A DNA stretch of 55,589 nucleotides, taken from the IMG/VR virus record IMGVR_UViG_3300021090_000026, positions 1 to 55,589 of that record; one strand, written 5' to 3'. Positions within the stretch are counted from its first letter, which is position 1. Every line of letters begins with the position of its first letter. The notes beneath the pieces are model-generated. The model ran no database searches. It was not told where the DNA came from and was given only the letters and a program-made list of their open reading frames with translations. The position numbers were made by a program, and so were the translations under genes. This document shows, one piece after another, positions 37,027 to 45,754 of this stretch. The DNA is from a virus. Its lineage: Duplodnaviria; Caudoviricetes.

Positions 37027-37270
37027 CGGGCTGTTCCATGATGGGAAGATCCTCGAATTCAAGGTGTAGTCTGCCGAGTGCTGTCAATCGAAATATTCTC
37101 GGGTAATCTCCGTCGTAATCAAGTTCTTCCGCGATGCCGTACTTGCATATATCGCGTACCACGTCATGTTGCAGTTGGTAGATTCCGTAGGACGTCGTGG
37201 CGGGCCTCCACGATTCGCAGGCTCCTAACATTTGAACGATCTTTCGTTCGAACACTCCCAGCAATTTCAT
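37019..37270 (-). CDS. Possible winged-helix protein
   Basis: 'FRLTALGR' C-terminal wing-like motif. Confidence 0.5.
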   Translation of the reverse strand: MKLLGVFERKIVQMLGACESWRPATTSYGIYQLQHDVVRDICKYGIAEELDYDGDYPRIFRLTALGRLHLEFEDLPIMEQPDV

Positions 37271-37524
37271 GAGGGATCCTCGATGAGGTCGTAGAATGAA
37301 TTGAACACGAGACCCACACCGTTCGTCGTCCAGCACATCGCGGACGTAAACGATCCATTCGCCTCACCACAAAATGATACTATTGGCAAAGCCGGGTTAA
37401 CGATTTCGAGAACGATGACAACACCGGGAGAAATTTTGTAGAGCTCGTTGTCACCAGAATCAACGGCGCACTGAGTGGGATACACGCAGAAAGAGTGAAG
37501 AATCTTTACTACAAAGGGTGTCAT
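37267..37524 (-). CDS. SH3-like miniprotein
   Basis: 'ISPGVVIVLE..CWTTNGVGLV'. Confidence 0.6.
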   Translation of the reverse strand: MTPFVVKILHSFCVYPTQCAVDSGDNELYKISPGVVIVLEIVNPALPIVSFCGEANGSFTSAMCWTTNGVGLVFNSFYDLIEDPS

Positions 37525-37602
37525 TAGACTACGCTACGGAGGTCTGGATTATCGATCCACAGGACCCGTCTACGGGTGAGACGAAAGACCATCATGTCAC
37601 CA

Positions 37603-37875
37603 TTATTTTTCGATCTTCAAAGAGAAGACGTGTTCGGGAAAATCCACGACCCCAACACCGAGGCGGGTGATCACGATCGCACGATGCGTGAACGGCCCAT
37701 ATGACATAAGGTTCGTAGGAATGACATTCATAACGACGACGAATTCTCCGGCAGCGAGATACCCAAGCATGTTGGGAGTGTTTGGACCGAATCCCGCATG
37801 GTCGTTCACCCGGCGAAGGGGATCGTACACCGGAACGAGCCAATCAACTTTTGTTTGGCAAAGATAAGGAATCAC
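37603..37875 (-). CDS. SH3-like miniprotein
   Basis: 'LAAGEFVVVMN..VITRLGVGVV'. Confidence 0.65.
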   Translation of the reverse strand: MIPYLCQTKVDWLVPVYDPLRRVNDHAGFGPNTPNMLGYLAAGEFVVVMNVIPTNLMSYGPFTHRAIVITRLGVGVVDFPEHVFSLKIEK

Positions 37876-38147
37876 ACCGATGTTCCGATAAAGTATTTGG
37901 TCGTGAACACGATCTTTCCTTCAGGGGAGATGACCATGTAGACCATTCCTCCCTTGATATCCCACGAACGACCGCCAGCGATCCGCTCGAAGAAAGTGCC
38001 ATCGTTACGAAATTCATCCATGATGATGACGAAGTCGGACGCATTCCGAGAGATCCAGAAATCGTGGGTATGATATCCGACACGGCGGATGTTAGACACG
38101 CTGTATCCACCCCATGGACTGACAGTTCTGACAAGATCGTAGATCAT
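37872..38147 (-). CDS. SH3-like miniprotein
   Basis: 'DFVIIMD..MVISPEGKIVF'; start chosen at MIYDL. Confidence 0.55.
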   Translation of the reverse strand: MIYDLVRTVSPWGGYSVSNIRRVGYHTHDFWISRNASDFVIIMDEFRNDGTFFERIAGGRSWDIKGGMVYMVISPEGKIVFTTKYFIGTSV

Positions 38148-38376
38148 TTCACCATCTCGAACATGTCGGAGGCTGACACGAACACCTCTCCCGCAGGAGA
38201 AGGAGGCTGTTCCAAATGACGTCACCGTCGAAGCAGATTCCACGCCACACGCCGAGTCAGAAAAATGGTGCCCTTGGGATATCCGTTTCCCACGTGGAAT
38301 CCGTAGTGGAAGAACTTTCCTGCGATTTCAACGTCTTCGTGATGGATATCGATTGAGACTCTAGAATAAGCGAGCG

Positions 38377-38562
38377 TCATTTGTAGATCTGATCAAAGAG
38401 TTTGAACATGTCGAAGAAGTAAATCTGCCCCGCCGGGGTGAACCCGTAGAACTTCAACTCGTGATAATTTTGAGCGTAGACGGGTTCATCTATGATGAGA
38501 ACGGCACCGAAAAAAGCATGTTGGATGAAATCTCCCCTTTTGTACCTCAAAATTCGTTCCAC
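38377..38562 (-). CDS. Small beta protein, paralogue of 39224
   Basis: 'KRGDFIQHAFFGAVLIIDEP'. Confidence 0.6.
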   Translation of the reverse strand: MERILRYKRGDFIQHAFFGAVLIIDEPVYAQNYHELKFYGFTPAGQIYFFDMFKLFDQIYK

Positions 38563-38798
38563 CAGTCGCTCTCATGCCATCCGCCCAGAATCCAACCAGT
38601 TCTACCGTCACAAAAGAGAAGAAATGCGCAGAATTCCTCTCCATCGATGGAGCGCACCAGAGTTTCCTTCGCCAGAACCAAGACCGGTTCCCCGCAGACA
38701 GCATTGTACGAGTGCTTCAGATTTCTTCCCACGATGCAAAAAACGTTCCAAAATCCCCTTCCGGGAAGGGGATACACTCCGCCGACCATGGGTATCAC
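38547..38798 (-). CDS. SH3-like miniprotein
   Basis: 'VGGVY..AVCGEPVLVLA..LLFCDGRTGWI'. Confidence 0.65.
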   Translation of the reverse strand: MIPMVGGVYPLPGRGFWNVFCIVGRNLKHSYNAVCGEPVLVLAKETLVRSIDGEEFCAFLLFCDGRTGWILGGWHESDWWNEF

Positions 38799-39043
38799 AA
38801 GATCTCCTCGAAACGAACGGGTTCATAGCGACGCAACCACCCGATATCACCGTTCACCATGACGAGAAACATGCGTTCGCTCTGCCTCCAACCGACAGCG
38901 AGGACGACACAACGATCCGGGCTTTCCAATTCGTAGACCTTCGGCCAGACGGTCTGATCATCGTTACTGAAGCTCTTCCACAAGAGCCACGGGTAACCAT
39001 GACCGAGGAGCTTGTAGATCCCACCGACCTTCAGATTGGGCAT
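38795..39043 (-). CDS. SH3-like miniprotein
   Basis: 'LKVGGIY..CVVLA..LVMVNGDIGWL'. Confidence 0.65.
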   Translation of the reverse strand: MPNLKVGGIYKLLGHGYPWLLWKSFSNDDQTVWPKVYELESPDRCVVLAVGWRQSERMFLVMVNGDIGWLRRYEPVRFEEIL

Positions 39044-39044
39044 G

Positions 39045-39236
39045 TCAATCTCCTACCCTCACTCGAACGACACGCGATATCCCCCATCGCAAGACCTCTC
39101 CCTTTTCGGACATGACCCAACACGTCGAATTGAAAGAGTCTTCCAAGATCAGGGCCACGTTGGGTGCCCGTTCTTTGTAGGATATTCCGGATGTATAGAC
39201 CCAAACTTCACCTTGCAAGAACATCAATCTATCCAT
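39045..39236 (-). CDS. Small beta protein (WVxSEKG subfamily)
   Basis: 'ALILED..WVMSEKGEVLRW'. Confidence 0.6.
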   Translation of the reverse strand: MDRLMFLQGEVWVYTSGISYKERAPNVALILEDSFNSTCWVMSEKGEVLRWGISRVVRVRVGD

Positions 39237-39457
39237 CTGATCCTGTTGATCTTCAACCAAAGAATGGTACCAGTTCTCTCGGCCAAACAGTGGAACTCAT
39301 GGTACACGATCACTTCTCTATCGTAGAGAGCACGTTCGATGATGATCGGTTCATCGAGCACGAGGAGAGTGCCAAAGAACTTGTGTTCGATCCGATCACC
39401 AATGCAGAGAGCTCGGGTCGACCTACGCAGGACGGGCTTGCGAAAGAACGAAAGCAC
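39224..39457 (-). CDS. Small beta protein, paralogue of 38377
   Basis: 'IGDRIEHKFFGTLLVLDEP'. Confidence 0.6.
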   Translation of the reverse strand: MLSFFRKPVLRRSTRALCIGDRIEHKFFGTLLVLDEPIIIERALYDREVIVYHEFHCLAERTGTILWLKINRIRWID

Positions 39458-39655
39458 CTATGTTTCGTCCCCGAGTGGAGTGCGCTTCTTATAATCTAGA
39501 CACCATTGCATGATCCTTCCCTTTTCGGAGAGAACCCAGTACCACCCTTCATGGTTGGGCGTATCATCCAGCACCAGCGCGAAGATGGGTCGCTCGCGGT
39601 TGATGTAATTTCCGTTCACGTGCCGATAAACGACACCCTTTCTAAAATAGTTCAT
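39458..39655 (-). CDS. Small beta protein (WVxSEKG subfamily)
   Basis: 'ALVLDD..WVLSEKGRIMQW'. Confidence 0.6.
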   Translation of the reverse strand: MNYFRKGVVYRHVNGNYINRERPIFALVLDDTPNHEGWYWVLSEKGRIMQWCLDYKKRTPLGDET

Positions 39656-39852
39656 TCGACTAACTTCCGGCAACCCTCTATGAGAAACCACGACTTGATC
39701 TCTCCCATATCGGTCAGAACCCACCAGCGCTTGTCGTGAGTCCGGTCCCTTCCAAGCACGAGGACGTACAGAGACGCGTTGTCATCTTCGGGGCGAAGAT
39801 GCTTATAGACGAAACCGGTGAAAACATTTCCGGGACAGAATCTCACGGGCAT
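39652..39852 (-). CDS. Small beta protein (WVxSEKG subfamily)
   Basis: 'VLVLG..WVLTDMGEIKSW'. Confidence 0.6.
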   Translation of the reverse strand: MPVRFCPGNVFTGFVYKHLRPEDDNASLYVLVLGRDRTHDKRWWVLTDMGEIKSWFLIEGCRKLVE

Positions 39853-40070
39853 TTCACAGCTCCACCGAAGACGACACCCACACCGAACCGGCTCATGACG
39901 AGCGCCACTCCCGATGGATTCAACCACGGGCTCGAAGATTCGAATCGTCCAAGGACGAGCACAGGTTCACCAACATTTAGAACCCCAACATGTGCACCGC
40001 AGGACAAGTAGTCCCTCGGCGAATATTGGTAATGAGAGCTTTCCAAGATAAGAGACATGTAAGGTACCAC
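39843..40070 (-). CDS. SH3-like miniprotein
   Basis: 'LNVGEPVLVLG..LVMSRFGVGVV'. Confidence 0.65.
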   Translation of the reverse strand: MVPYMSLILESSHYQYSPRDYLSCGAHVGVLNVGEPVLVLGRFESSSPWLNPSGVALVMSRFGVGVVFGGAVKCP

Positions 40071-40076
40071 GATATT

Positions 40077-40105
40077 ATTTTACCATGGGATCCACACAGG
40101 TTCAA
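40077..40105 (-). promoter_or_regulatory. Promoter TTGAAC-N17-TAAAAT (TGG extended -10)
   Basis: Repeated promoter family. Confidence 0.7.
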
Positions 40106-40207
40106 CGAAAGGAACGTCAGAGAATTTCTTTGGGTGGCGGAAGAGCGTCCGCGATCTTATCGATCGTCATGACGGTTCAACTTACGAGAGAGAAAAGTTA
40201 GTTCGCT

Positions 40208-40531
40208 TCAGATCTTCGGGAGCTGTGCTTTGGCACTCGTGGCGAAGTGGATCACTTTGTCCAACCAACGAAGAGCTTCTGGAGTGTTTGCGTTAGCGAC
40301 GGCTGCCTGGACCTTCTGCGCAGCATCGGCCGCCATGTTGATATCGGCCTTGAATTTATTCAGGGCGCCCGGAGCAGGGAGCCCGGCGGAAGCTGGAGGA
40401 GGGGTGCGCCCGGAAGCTCCGGGTGGAAGCGGCGGAGGACCGCCCATTCCCTGCGAAATCTCTTCTTCGAGGAGCTCGATGACGAGCCTGCGGAGGTCGG
40501 AGATACCCAATTCACTCTTCTTCGTCTTCAT
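40208..40531 (-). CDS. Hypothetical protein with 'xxDLRRLVxE' leader
   Basis: 'ISDLRRLVIELLEEE', Pro-rich linker; TACTTA at 40543-40548. Confidence 0.7.
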   Translation of the reverse strand: MKTKKSELGISDLRRLVIELLEEEISQGMGGPPPLPPGASGRTPPPASAGLPAPGALNKFKADINMAADAAQKVQAAVANANTPEALRWLDKVIHFATSAKAQLPKI

Positions 40532-40582
40532 GGTGCTACGGATAAGTAGTAGTTCTCATCTCGATGCTAAACGAAAAATCAG

Positions 40583-41500
40583 TCATTCGAATAAGCCGGG
40601 ATCGACAACGACAAAGTCGCCGGTTGCCCGTCGGACCATGAAATTACCGGTGTGGAGATCGTCCCACATCATGCCCGCCTCGTCAAGAGCATGCAAAAAC
40701 TCAACGAACTCCCGAACCTTGCGAGACGGATGTTTACCAGCAAGGCTCTTACGACCAAGAGTCATGGGAACGATCTCCCGTCGAATGGCTTGGGTGATCT
40801 CGTTTTCGAGATACGATCCAATGCCTCTCATGTTCGTGAGAGCTCTATCGAGAAGGGACTTGAGAGCCATGAGCGTGAGCTTTTCGGCAGCAGCTTTCTC
40901 TAGAATAGGCACAACGACACCAGTGTAGACCTTACGAATTTGGTCGTCTGAGATTGATCCCATCCGAGAAGCGGAGGCGATGATGCTCTCCTGCGCATCG
41001 AAGTCCTGCAAAAACATATCGATTCGACCTGGTGGAAGTTTCCACTCGTATTTGGTGTATTGGAGATCGTGTTCGAGTGCCGCGGGCATCGGGTCTAAGA
41101 GCTCCATCAGAGTTCCGTAGATCATGCTCAAACCTTCGTGGAATTGAACTTCGGTTTCGAAGGTGTCAATGAGCTCCGGAAAGTGTTTAGCGTACTTTGG
41201 GTCCATCATGCGGGCGAAGTCGACGAAATCGATCATGGCTTTCTGTTCGTTTTGTTCGACAGAGTACCGGGCGACGCAATGGCGATCCTTGTACAGGACT
41301 TCCTTGACCGTGTTATATGATCCCGATCCCACAGTTGAGTTGCCACGTTCGCCGCTAGGGATCGGAAATATTCCGATGTGAGCCAAGGCAACCTCGACAG
41401 CGTCTTTAGAACCGGTACCCCAACGGTGGAGGGTAGACTCCTCTCCCTGCTCAAGGAGTGATCGAACTAGAACCTTCAGTTCGGTGAGATGTAACTTCAC
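40583..41500 (-). CDS. Protein kinase-like protein with N-terminal leader
   Basis: 'VGSGSYNTV','LMELL','DLHTGNFM','VVDPG'; TATTTA at 41505-41510. Confidence 0.75.
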   Translation of the reverse strand: MKLHLTELKVLVRSLLEQGEESTLHRWGTGSKDAVEVALAHIGIFPIPSGERGNSTVGSGSYNTVKEVLYKDRHCVARYSVEQNEQKAMIDFVDFARMMDPKYAKHFPELIDTFETEVQFHEGLSMIYGTLMELLDPMPAALEHDLQYTKYEWKLPPGRIDMFLQDFDAQESIIASASRMGSISDDQIRKVYTGVVVPILEKAAAEKLTLMALKSLLDRALTNMRGIGSYLENEITQAIRREIVPMTLGRKSLAGKHPSRKVREFVEFLHALDEAGMMWDDLHTGNFMVRRATGDFVVVDPGLFE

Positions 41501-41536
41501 GAGTTAAATAGGGGCGGGGCGGGCCCCGTTCTTCCG

Positions 41537-41842
41537 TTACAACGCTTCTACCCCATCGAACGGGGCCAGGGCCGGGGCCTGAAGTATCTGACAGCCGGAA
41601 CAGTCCATTGAACAGAGTCCGAGAGAGCTGATGACCAAGACCTCCCGGTACGGCTCGTTCTTCACGGGAAATTCGATCTCTGGCTCCCAAGGATCGGACA
41701 CCACCACAGCGACACCACTGGGAACAATTTCTATGCACCGGTGATTGCACCGGAGATGAACCTCTAGGATGTGAGCCATTGTGTAAGGTTTGAAGCGAAC
41801 GACGTCACCGGGTCTAAGGTCTTTCAACACATCTCCTGACAC
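41537..41842 (-). CDS. SH3-like miniprotein
   Basis: 'LRPGDVVRF..AVVVSDP..LVISSLGL'. Confidence 0.65.
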   Translation of the reverse strand: MSGDVLKDLRPGDVVRFKPYTMAHILEVHLRCNHRCIEIVPSGVAVVVSDPWEPEIEFPVKNEPYREVLVISSLGLCSMDCSGCQILQAPALAPFDGVEAL

Positions 41843-42038
41843 AAGTAGAACGCAACCATCCGATTCCCAGATGCGTCAGAACGAGGACGTAGGGATCGGA
41901 GACCCACAGCTCCTCACCGGTTACCAGGATGATCATCGCACCGTCCCTGGGAAACAATCGACCGAGGTACTTTCCGCCGAACCACAACGACACGGACTCT
42001 TGCAGAAAAACAACGTCGCCCTTTACAAGATCTTTCAC
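41814..42038 (-). CDS. SH3-like miniprotein
   Basis: 'LVKGDVVFL..LVLTHLGIGWL'. Confidence 0.65.
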   Translation of the reverse strand: MKDLVKGDVVFLQESVSLWFGGKYLGRLFPRDGAMIILVTGEELWVSDPYVLVLTHLGIGWLRSTCVRRCVERP

Positions 42039-42238
42039 TTCAGTTCCTCGAAACGATCATCCATCCATGTGGAGGGCAACGATCCGCAGCCATGTTTAGA
42101 AGAGAGCATAGTGTAATACTTTTCCGACGACAGGATCACCAACACCGAACCCACCGCCTGCCGGATCCAGCAACCTTGAAACTCGATGAACACGCTTGAC
42201 TTCGTTCGAACGATGTCCCCCGAGAAGAATTTTTTCAT
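42035..42238 (-). CDS. SH3-like miniprotein
   Basis: 'FSGDIVRT..VGSVLVILS..MLSSKHGCG'. Confidence 0.65.
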   Translation of the reverse strand: MKKFFSGDIVRTKSSVFIEFQGCWIRQAVGSVLVILSSEKYYTMLSSKHGCGSLPSTWMDDRFEELK

Positions 42239-42435
42239 AGCCTTTTGAAACGATGAAACCGCCCACCCTTGCCTTTGGCAAGTTCAACGGCGATCTTGTG
42301 GAGCTTCTTCCGGTTGCGGAAGACCTTACCTTCTCGGAAGTAAAATCCATCCCCCAGGCAGACCATGTAGCAAGATCTTTCCGGATCGTTGGAGTCGTAC
42401 CTGATGATGTCACCGACCTTAAGTTCTATCCTCAC
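42235..42435 (-). CDS. Small beta protein
   Basis: 'LKVGDIIRY'; GTGA overlap. Confidence 0.5.
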   Translation of the reverse strand: MRIELKVGDIIRYDSNDPERSCYMVCLGDGFYFREGKVFRNRKKLHKIAVELAKGKGGRFHRFKRL

Positions 42436-42671
42436 CGCAGGATCCGAATCGGTGTGACGTTGCGCATGTTTTTCGTTTCGAACGTGCTTCGAATGACGCG
42501 GCAATTCTCCATGAGGGTGAAGACGATCTTGGTGTCAACATCGACAACTTCGACCTGCAGGCACGTGAGAATGAAGTTCCTTCGAGCGTGGGCAGGAAGA
42601 TGGCTGAACATCTCGTGGGTGTAATCGGGCCCGTAGCTGTCTCCCGGTTCGAGATCCATGTAAGTGCTCAT
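42432..42671 (-). CDS. Small beta protein
   Basis: 'DLEPGD'; coupled ORF. Confidence 0.5.
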   Translation of the reverse strand: MSTYMDLEPGDSYGPDYTHEMFSHLPAHARRNFILTCLQVEVVDVDTKIVFTLMENCRVIRSTFETKNMRNVTPIRILR

Positions 42672-42904
42672 AGAACAGTGACCCCACGTCCAAGGGAGAC
42701 GGAAAGCCGACAGACTCCCACGCCGGAGAGCACGTGGTAGAAGGTGACGTCGCAGAGATCTTCGGCCAGGATTACTACTATCGCACCGATGGGCAGAACG
42801 ACCCATCCATCATCGTTCGATGGGTCGAGAAAAAGCTCATTTTTTACGTTCACGGCCCGAACGGTGTTCAAGCACAGGACGGTGCCGGGGGTAAGATCCA
42901 TCAT
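42668..42904 (-). CDS. SH3-like miniprotein
   Basis: 'LTPGTVL..LPIGAIVVILA..VLSGVGVC'. Confidence 0.65.
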   Translation of the reverse strand: MMDLTPGTVLCLNTVRAVNVKNELFLDPSNDDGWVVLPIGAIVVILAEDLCDVTFYHVLSGVGVCRLSVSLGRGVTVL

Positions 42905-43110
42905 AAGAGCGTCGCTCCCTCTAGGTTGTCCACGATCCCGACGAGGCACTTTCCGATGGAAGGAGCGAGGGCCTCGTAGACATTCCCAAAACCCTGTCTT
43001 TCTCCCAGGATCAGCACGACGCTTCCGACCGGGATCACGGTCCAGCCCCGCTCGCTCCACCCTGTGAGATTGGTCTCCAGGCGGACGACATCTCCGGAGA
43101 CCAATCTCAC
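42901..43110 (-). CDS. SH3-like miniprotein
   Basis: 'LVSGDVVRL..IPVGSVVLILG..ALAPSIGKC'. Confidence 0.65.
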   Translation of the reverse strand: MRLVSGDVVRLETNLTGWSERGWTVIPVGSVVLILGERQGFGNVYEALAPSIGKCLVGIVDNLEGATLL

Positions 43111-43418
43111 AGGTACGTGTATCTGACAGCCGCGACTCCGATCATGAGCACGAGAAGGCCCAGTCCGACGAGGGGCAGGGGGACGACGACCGGTTCCGGA
43201 GCGGGGTGCTTGGCGACGAACGCTGCGAAGATGATCTCGACCATCCCACGCGCCGGGAAGATCGATCCGTTGTCCAGATCTTCCAGCTCCTCCCGGGTGA
43301 AATCCGCGCGCATGAGGCAGGCAGTCTCCTCCTTCGTGAGCTCTCGTCCGAGCTTACGTTCCAGGACGAAGCACATCCCACCACGGTACATCTGGAAGCT
43401 CATCATCTTTCTATGCAT
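43107..43418 (-). CDS. C-terminally membrane-anchored protein
   Basis: C-terminal TM 'LPLVGLGLLVLMIGVAAV'. Confidence 0.6.
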   Translation of the reverse strand: MHRKMMSFQMYRGGMCFVLERKLGRELTKEETACLMRADFTREELEDLDNGSIFPARGMVEIIFAAFVAKHPAPEPVVVPLPLVGLGLLVLMIGVAAVRYTYL

Positions 43419-43423
43419 GATGT

Positions 43424-43804
43424 TTACCAGCTCACCTTGAGCACGCCGGTGGGGGTGTACTCGACAGTGTACTTGGAGCCCAAGATTTTTTGAATGACTC
43501 TCATAATGCACTCGAACGCCAGCTTCTGGTGGGTCGGATCGTTGTTGATCCACGGGCTGATGTACTTCGAAGGATCCATCGTGAACGATGTCTGCTTCGC
43601 ACCGATCGCGACCGCGGTGGGGATCACGTCGTGCTTCAGGTACAGAACCTGAGCCTCCACCACCTTCGCGCACATCAACGAGTGTTCGAAGTCTTCGACG
43701 AAGGTTTCGTGCTTCACACTTTCCAAAATGTCCTGCTTTTCCTTGCAACGCAGCTGGTGATCGGCGATGGCCTCGGGAGTCGTCATTGTGATCTTCATCT
43801 TCAT
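43424..43804 (-). CDS. Hypothetical protein
   Basis: RBS AAGGA; first gene after promoter; ends 'LKVSW'. Confidence 0.65.
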   Translation of the reverse strand: MKMKITMTTPEAIADHQLRCKEKQDILESVKHETFVEDFEHSLMCAKVVEAQVLYLKHDVIPTAVAIGAKQTSFTMDPSKYISPWINNDPTHQKLAFECIMRVIQKILGSKYTVEYTPTGVLKVSW

Positions 43805-43831
43805 TCCTTTCGATAACACGTTACCATTTTA

Positions 43832-43860
43832 ATTCTACCATCCGACCCATAAGGGTTCAA
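43832..43860 (-). promoter_or_regulatory. Promoter TTGAAC-N17-TAGAAT (TGG extended -10)
   Basis: Repeated promoter family. Confidence 0.7.
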
Positions 43861-44132
43861 CGCACTGAAGGGAGCTTCTGAATTCCAGCTTCGATGAGAG
43901 CGACACGCGAAGGTGCGGCGAGCACCTCCAGATCGGTCCCGACGTGGAGGCACCCGCGACAGAGCTGTCCGTCGTCTCCAATGAAGGAGATCGTAATCAA
44001 ATCACGGTGGAACTCTTCCATCTTCGAATAGAGGAAGATCTTCCAACCGATGCTGAAGGGAGTGATTCCACCGTGGCGCCTGTAGATCATACCAAACTTG
44101 AGATCCGTCGGTTTGATGAGTTGCAAAGTCAA
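43857..44132 (-). CDS. Small beta protein
   Basis: 'DLKFGMIY..FIGDDGQL'. Confidence 0.55.
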   Translation of the reverse strand: MTLQLIKPTDLKFGMIYRRHGGITPFSIGWKIFLYSKMEEFHRDLITISFIGDDGQLCRGCLHVGTDLEVLAAPSRVALIEAGIQKLPSVR

Positions 44133-44143
44133 ATCCTATTTTC

Positions 44144-44172
44144 ATTTTACCACATGGGAAACGTGGGTTCAA
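44144..44172 (-). promoter_or_regulatory. Promoter TTGAAC-N17-TAAAAT (TGG extended -10)
   Basis: Repeated promoter family. Confidence 0.7.
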
Positions 44173-44357
44173 CGATGGAGTTTTGATTTTTGCCCCCGCT
44201 TCGCGTGACGGAGCTAAGAGCGTTCTGAACGCTGCGGCGAGCTCGAAGTCGTCGTATCGACGATGAGCTCGATGACGAGGTACACCTTCAATTCTCGGCA
44301 CCCAGAGATTCGATCCGGTCGGCCAGGTTGTGGAAGTCGCTCACCCAATCGAGAAAA

Positions 44358-44666
44358 TCAAGACCCATCGATCACACTTTCGGGTCCTTTCACCTGCTCG
44401 CACAACCCCCACTCGGCGTTCTCCTCCAGGAGGTCCTTGAAGGCGGTTTTGGACTCGCCGAGGATCTTATGCATGGAGCGGGCGACGTTCACGTCCTTGA
44501 AAAGGTAGCTGGGATGGGTCGGTGCGAACATCATGATGTTGCCCTTCCTGTCCTCGATGGAGATTCCGATGGCGGCCTTGCCGCGGGCTTCGAGCAGTTC
44601 GAACTGCCAGTTTGCGAAGTTCTCCTTGGCCAACTCTGCGAATCGATATTTTTTCTGGGGTGTCAT
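44358..44666 (-). CDS. Hypothetical protein
   Basis: ATGA overlap at MTPQKK. Confidence 0.55.
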   Translation of the reverse strand: MTPQKKYRFAELAKENFANWQFELLEARGKAAIGISIEDRKGNIMMFAPTHPSYLFKDVNVARSMHKILGESKTAFKDLLEENAEWGLCEQVKGPESVIDGS

Positions 44667-44941
44667 TCGAAATTCTTTAGAAGTTCTCTCGCCTGGTCCA
44701 GACGTCCCTGGACCTCGCAGTCCTGATCGTCGGCTTCGCTGAGCTCCATGATCGCCGGCCTTATCTTTCTCAGAAGCTCCTTGAGTCCATCTATTTCTTG
44801 ACCGCAATATCGAAGGGCGGCATCGTAGACGTCATTGCAAGTGGGGCAGATCCTCCGCAGGAACCCGTCGAACTTGCGGTGCTTCAGCTCTTCCAGGGTG
44901 ACCCTGCTGCAGCGATCGCAGTGCTGGTACATGGGACTCAC
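44663..44941 (-). CDS. Zn-finger hypothetical protein
   Basis: CDRC..CPTC. Confidence 0.55.
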   Translation of the reverse strand: MSPMYQHCDRCSRVTLEELKHRKFDGFLRRICPTCNDVYDAALRYCGQEIDGLKELLRKIRPAIMELSEADDQDCEVQGRLDQARELLKNFE

Positions 44942-45150
44942 GGTCTGCCCATGATCTCCAGCACCTTGATCTCCGACATTCCCGCCGCTTCCAGCAGAGC
45001 CTTCACGCGGTAGAACTCCGCCAGGCTTCCTCGGTTGATCCCGTCGTGGAAGCAATCCCGACAGTTCTTGCACGCCTCTTCCACGGCTCCGTTCGCCAGA
45101 TGGACCTGTCCCACCGTCCGATTGCTCTTGCACCTGTAGCATGTACTCAT
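44938..45150 (-). CDS. Zn-finger hypothetical protein
   Basis: CYRC..CKNCRDC. Confidence 0.55.
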   Translation of the reverse strand: MSTCYRCKSNRTVGQVHLANGAVEEACKNCRDCFHDGINRGSLAEFYRVKALLEAAGMSEIKVLEIMGRP

Positions 45151-45208
45151 GGTACATCGTACAATATTCCTTGGCTGGGATGCACTGGAAGTGGTTCTAA
45201 AGGTGCGC

Positions 45209-45634
45209 TTAGAGCTCTTCCCACCACCATCGTAGCGAACCAGCGCTACGATCCAAAAGGAAGTTGACAGTGTAGTAGCCACCTTCGGTGGATTGGGACC
45301 AGCACAGTGAACCGGGTCCTGGCCGCGGTTCGATCATTGGATGGTCGTCCGTGACGAATTTCTCCGCGACGGTCCAGTCCTTGTTTGGATCTTCGACGGA
45401 GCTGCTGGTCACTTCACGGTCGAGGATTCTTTCGACGGCATCGAGTTCACTCGGAGACAGATGGACCTCGTTTTTTGGCACCAGCTCATCCAAGAGATTC
45501 ATCCGGATCGGGAGGAGCCCGACGATCCTTTTCACGATCATCCTAACCTCCCTTTCGTCGTCTTCTAGTCTAACACCCTCGTCCAACAAAGCGATTCGGA
45601 CGAGTCGTCTAAGTTCCGTCAGTGCTAACTTCAT
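45209..45634 (-). CDS. Hypothetical protein with 'MKLALTELRRLVR' leader
   Basis: Leader motif; TACTTA at 45644-45649. Confidence 0.7.
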   Translation of the reverse strand: MKLALTELRRLVRIALLDEGVRLEDDEREVRMIVKRIVGLLPIRMNLLDELVPKNEVHLSPSELDAVERILDREVTSSSVEDPNKDWTVAEKFVTDDHPMIEPRPGPGSLCWSQSTEGGYYTVNFLLDRSAGSLRWWWEEL

Positions 45635-45754
45635 TACGGAACATAAGTAGGACTCGAAACACAGAAAATTTCCCGAGAGATTTTTAAAAAGAGGCCGGAG
45701 GTCCATCGTTCCATGGTACTCGGAATCACTTTGTATTCGAATTTGTTGCTGACG

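Noticed and set aside
38144-38380. 52-aa ORF (38380-38222, minus) that would extend to the next gene if its TGA were read through
   Set aside because: No recognisable motif and alternative frames are equally plausible; may be a decayed gene.
40230-40928. Long antisense ORFs (e.g. 40230..40928, 4729..5340, 50140..50913, 52172..52795)
   Set aside because: They shadow better-supported genes on the opposite strand and lack RBS or protein motifs.
24340-44132. Diversity-generating retroelement or integron as the source of the miniprotein array
   Set aside because: No reverse transcriptase, template/variable repeat pair, integrase or attC-like sites are visible in this window; the genes overlap directly.
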